The position numbers and the translations under genes are program-made. DNA of 64,000 bases, from positions 64,001 through 128,000 of the forward strand of contig JAGSHN010000025.1 of assembly GCA_029855935.1 (NCBI GenBank). Reading direction: 5' to 3'. This document shows positions 61,396 through 64,000 of this stretch, piece by piece. The notes under the pieces are model-generated. The model had not been told where the DNA came from. It ran no database searches and was given only the letters and a program-made list of their open reading frames with translations. The DNA comes from Candidatus Thorarchaeota archaeon. Lineage in GTDB: Archaea; Asgardarchaeota; Thorarchaeia; Thorarchaeales; Thorarchaeaceae. How positions within the stretch are numbered: position 1 is the first letter of the stretch; every line of letters starts with the position of its first letter.

Positions 61396-62132
61396 CGCTG
61401 ACTATTCTGTTGGTCACCCCGCAGATGTAGACGGTCACGCGAGCGCCCTGCTGATGTGTATACTCAACCATCTCACTGAGGAATGGCTGCGAGAAGGAGC
61501 CGAAGTGCCGAGAAGAGATTATGCTGTTACTCGCCGATGGTTCTAATATGACAATGTTGTGCGCCCCGTTTACGATGAGATTCTCGACATAGGGTCGCAC
61601 CAGTTCCCCAGAGCGAGCTACTACATAGATAGCGGTGTCAAGATCCTCAATCCTCATCTCAAGAACAGGGGGCGGTCCCAAGAGATATCCAGCAAGAGTC
61701 AGAGGCCCGATGACATAGCTGCTGACAAGATGCGTTGACCCCACAGTTTGGGAGAGTATCTTGGTCGTCTCCACAAAGATGCGCAGGCGTGTCTTGTGAG
61801 TGGATGGGGGTTCGAAAGATCCAATCTCGGTAGGGTCGGCGATGGGGTGTCCTGCAACGTACGGTAACTCTCCGCTGGGGAAAACGGCCTCGGCACCGAG
61901 GCCTCCGCCTGAGCTGTCAGGTCCATCACATTGAACACGCCGTTGTAGCCTAATCTCTGTAGCGTACGCAGGAGAGCGTCTACCTGAGTCTGGGCGTCAG
62001 TCAGTATCTCCTCTGTCGAAATACCCGTCACAGAGCAAGAGAACAGTCCAAAGAAAGGCAAGACAGGGGGCGTTCAGGCTCTGAGTAAGCCAGTGCCTGC
62101 TGAATCAGCCTCAAGGGTTTCAGTTCTGACAC
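61390..62132 (-). pseudogene. Frameshifted MtaA/CmuA-like methyltransferase
   Basis: MDLTAQAEA, GPLTLAG, LEPSAS, YICG split across frames and truncated. Confidence 0.8.
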
Positions 62133-62235
62133 TCTAGCAATCACCCGCAGTTCTTTGAGTAGACACGGTTGTTTGATAAACTGCGTCTAGGAAATTATGC
62201 CATAATTGACAGCCCATCTGGAGGCGAGACTCACA

Positions 62236-62764
62236 ATGTCCAGCGAGATTCTGGCGGAGATTCGAAGAGCGGTAGTCGACGTAAACAGAGGGCTGGCTGC
62301 GGATGGTGAGAAAAAGGAAACTGGAGGCCGAAATAGATACACTGACCATTGTCATCGAGGCCGTCATGGAAACAGTGGGCCATCAGCTGAAGAGTGGGGA
62401 GGAGGTGAAGAGAGGGACCGGGGTCATCGGGACCTGTCACGGCGACATTCACTCTCTGGGCAAGAACCTTGTCGCCTCTATGCTTGAGGCCTCTGGATTT
62501 GAGGTGGTCAACCTTGGAGAGGACGTCCCGACAGAAAAGTTCGCGACAGCGGCGACCGAGCATAGGGCGGACATCGTGGCAATCTTAGCACTGATGACGA
62601 CATCTCTGGCCGCGATGCGAGAGGTCGTTGACACAATCAGAAAACGGAGACTTCTTGTCAAGACAATGGTCGGGGGAGGACCTGCGACACCAGACTATGC
62701 TCACGCAATTGGTGCCGATGGCTATGGCCAGGATTCTGTGGAGGCTGTTCACGTGGCGAGGTAA
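62236..62764 (+). pseudogene. Corrinoid (B12-binding) protein, frameshifted with internal deletion
   Basis: GDIHSLGKNLV, GFEVVNLG, ALMTT, MVGGGP, IGADGY; N-terminus in another frame. Confidence 0.8.
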
Positions 62765-62941
62765 CTGCTCGGCAAGAAGTAGCACAGCCCGCGTAGCCCG
62801 ACCTCCCTCAGGGCCTGACACTGTGGAATGTTGCGAAGTACAGAATGCGCAAGAGGAGAAAGAAAAAGGGGATATCACCGCGGCCGCGAACGTGTTGACA
62901 TTCGAGCCACGGTGTACCTTCATATTATGTGTGTCAGACCA

Positions 62942-64000
62942 TCACGAACGCCGTTTCGTGATGATCACGATGACGATCAGCAGCACTAGGGCACCTATGA
63001 TGATGTAGAGCAAGTAGGAGGACACTATTGCTCCCACACCGCCAGGTGCCGTAGTGGTGCCCGTGGTCGTCGCTCCACTGCTGACAGTGACTGTGACCTC
63101 GTCAGAAACAGCATAGCCAGCTGAATCAGTGACCGTGAGTCTGAATACGTAGGTCCCTGCAGACAGACCATCGACTGATATCGTGATTGGAGAGCCATCC
63201 CACTGACCACCAGCTACTACTGCTCCGTCACGAGTGACCTCAAAGGAGTCGGGATGGAGGCTGTGTGCGTCCCACGTGATCTCGTTCCCTGTCTCGCCCT
63301 CCACATAGGAGATATCGGCGGGACTGTTGACAGAGGGTGCCGTCAGAAACGCAATCTCATTGACCCACAGCTCGTACGCGTCTTCGTATCCGGAAACGTC
63401 CGAATCACTACTGAGGGCGTCTATCAAGAATGTGTTGAGGATGGTCATATTGTCGTTTCGCAGCACTACGAGAGACATATTGTCCTGAGGTGTGCTGAAG
63501 TTGCCCGCAATGGCGGTCGCATTCGGCAACACCGTCATCAGATCACCGTCATCAAGCCAATAGAGCACACTGGGGTTGAATGTTGTGGTGCCAAAGTCAA
63601 ACGGGAATGAGAATACTGGATGGCCGGCATCCCACACTTTGACCTGTACGTCATTCGACAGCGAGACACCTGTGGGCGTAGCGCCAAGCAGAGGCCAGAT
63701 CCTGTGGTCGAGATTCGACTCGACATCAAAGGTCGATAGAATCAGTCTACCACCGTTCTCAACGTGTCTTGCTAGTGGGTCGAAAAAGTTCACGCCACCA
63801 TAGTTGGGGGCATCTGCAACAACAACCGATGGCGACCACGTGTTGATTGACACGTTCAGCCTAGAACGCGTGAAGACGAGATAGAACGGCAACCGGAGAG
63901 CATTCAGCGCACGGGCAGACGGACTCACGTAGGGGTTCGGCGGAAAAGGATTGTCGGTGTAGAGAACTATGTCAGAACCGTAGGATACCAGCCAGTTCAT
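62942..64000 (-). CDS. Cell-surface protein C-terminal part (Ig/PKD-like domain, Thr linker, TM, basic tail); truncated by window edge
   Basis: PADISYVEGETGNEITW...VDGLSAGTY.F.LTVTD...SDEVTVTV; TTTGTTT; TM plus KRRS. Confidence 0.85.
   Translation of the reverse strand: MNWLVSYGSDIVLYTDNPFPPNPYVSPSARALNALRLPFYLVFTRSRLNVSINTWSPSVVVADAPNYGGVNFFDPLARHVENGGRLILSTFDVESNLDHRIWPLLGATPTGVSLSNDVQVKVWDAGHPVFSFPFDFGTTTFNPSVLYWLDDGDLMTVLPNATAIAGNFSTPQDNMSLVVLRNDNMTILNTFLIDALSSDSDVSGYEDAYELWVNEIAFLTAPSVNSPADISYVEGETGNEITWDAHSLHPDSFEVTRDGAVVAGGQWDGSPITISVDGLSAGTYVFRLTVTDSAGYAVSDEVTVTVSSGATTTGTTTAPGGVGAIVSSYLLYIIIGALVLLIVIVIITKRRS

Noticed and set aside
1-64000. tRNA, rRNA, SRP or RNase P genes
   Set aside because: No cloverleaf or diagnostic motifs found by eye; a tRNAscan-SE/Infernal run would be needed to exclude them.

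Overview
GC-rich archaeal chromosomal segment, probably Asgard and most like Thorarchaeia. The assignment is inferred from the archaeal thermosome, Rpo6, archaeal-type SAM synthetase, HisRS/TrpRS/MetRS, a 22-aa 'IDLSPL' LRR protein, surface proteins with Thr-linker/TM/basic tails, and a putative eukaryotic-signature protein. Most of the window is housekeeping and metabolic genes. I found no tRNA, rRNA, CRISPR array, integrase or transposase. The main unexplained signal is non-coding: all three aminoacyl-tRNA synthetase genes (hisS, trpS, metG) have long (about 105-255 nt), strongly base-paired 5' leaders between a TATA-like box and the start codon. Each leader can display the cognate tRNA anticodon in a loop (CAU for metG, CCA for trpS, GUG for hisS), suggesting an undescribed archaeal tRNA-mimic autoregulatory system. 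Other highlights are a probable CINP/C1orf109-like protein, two tandem full-length uvrA paralogs inside a uvrB-A-A-C cluster, an HhH-Rpo6 fusion, and a His-rich membrane protein coupled to heme O synthase. The window also has a reciprocally decayed amphi-Trp/trpS/nitrilase duplication flanking an AT-richer methyltransferase, a stand-alone candidate ncRNA, and a decayed corrinoid methyltransferase cluster. All homology calls come from motif recognition by eye, and all RNA structures were paired by hand.
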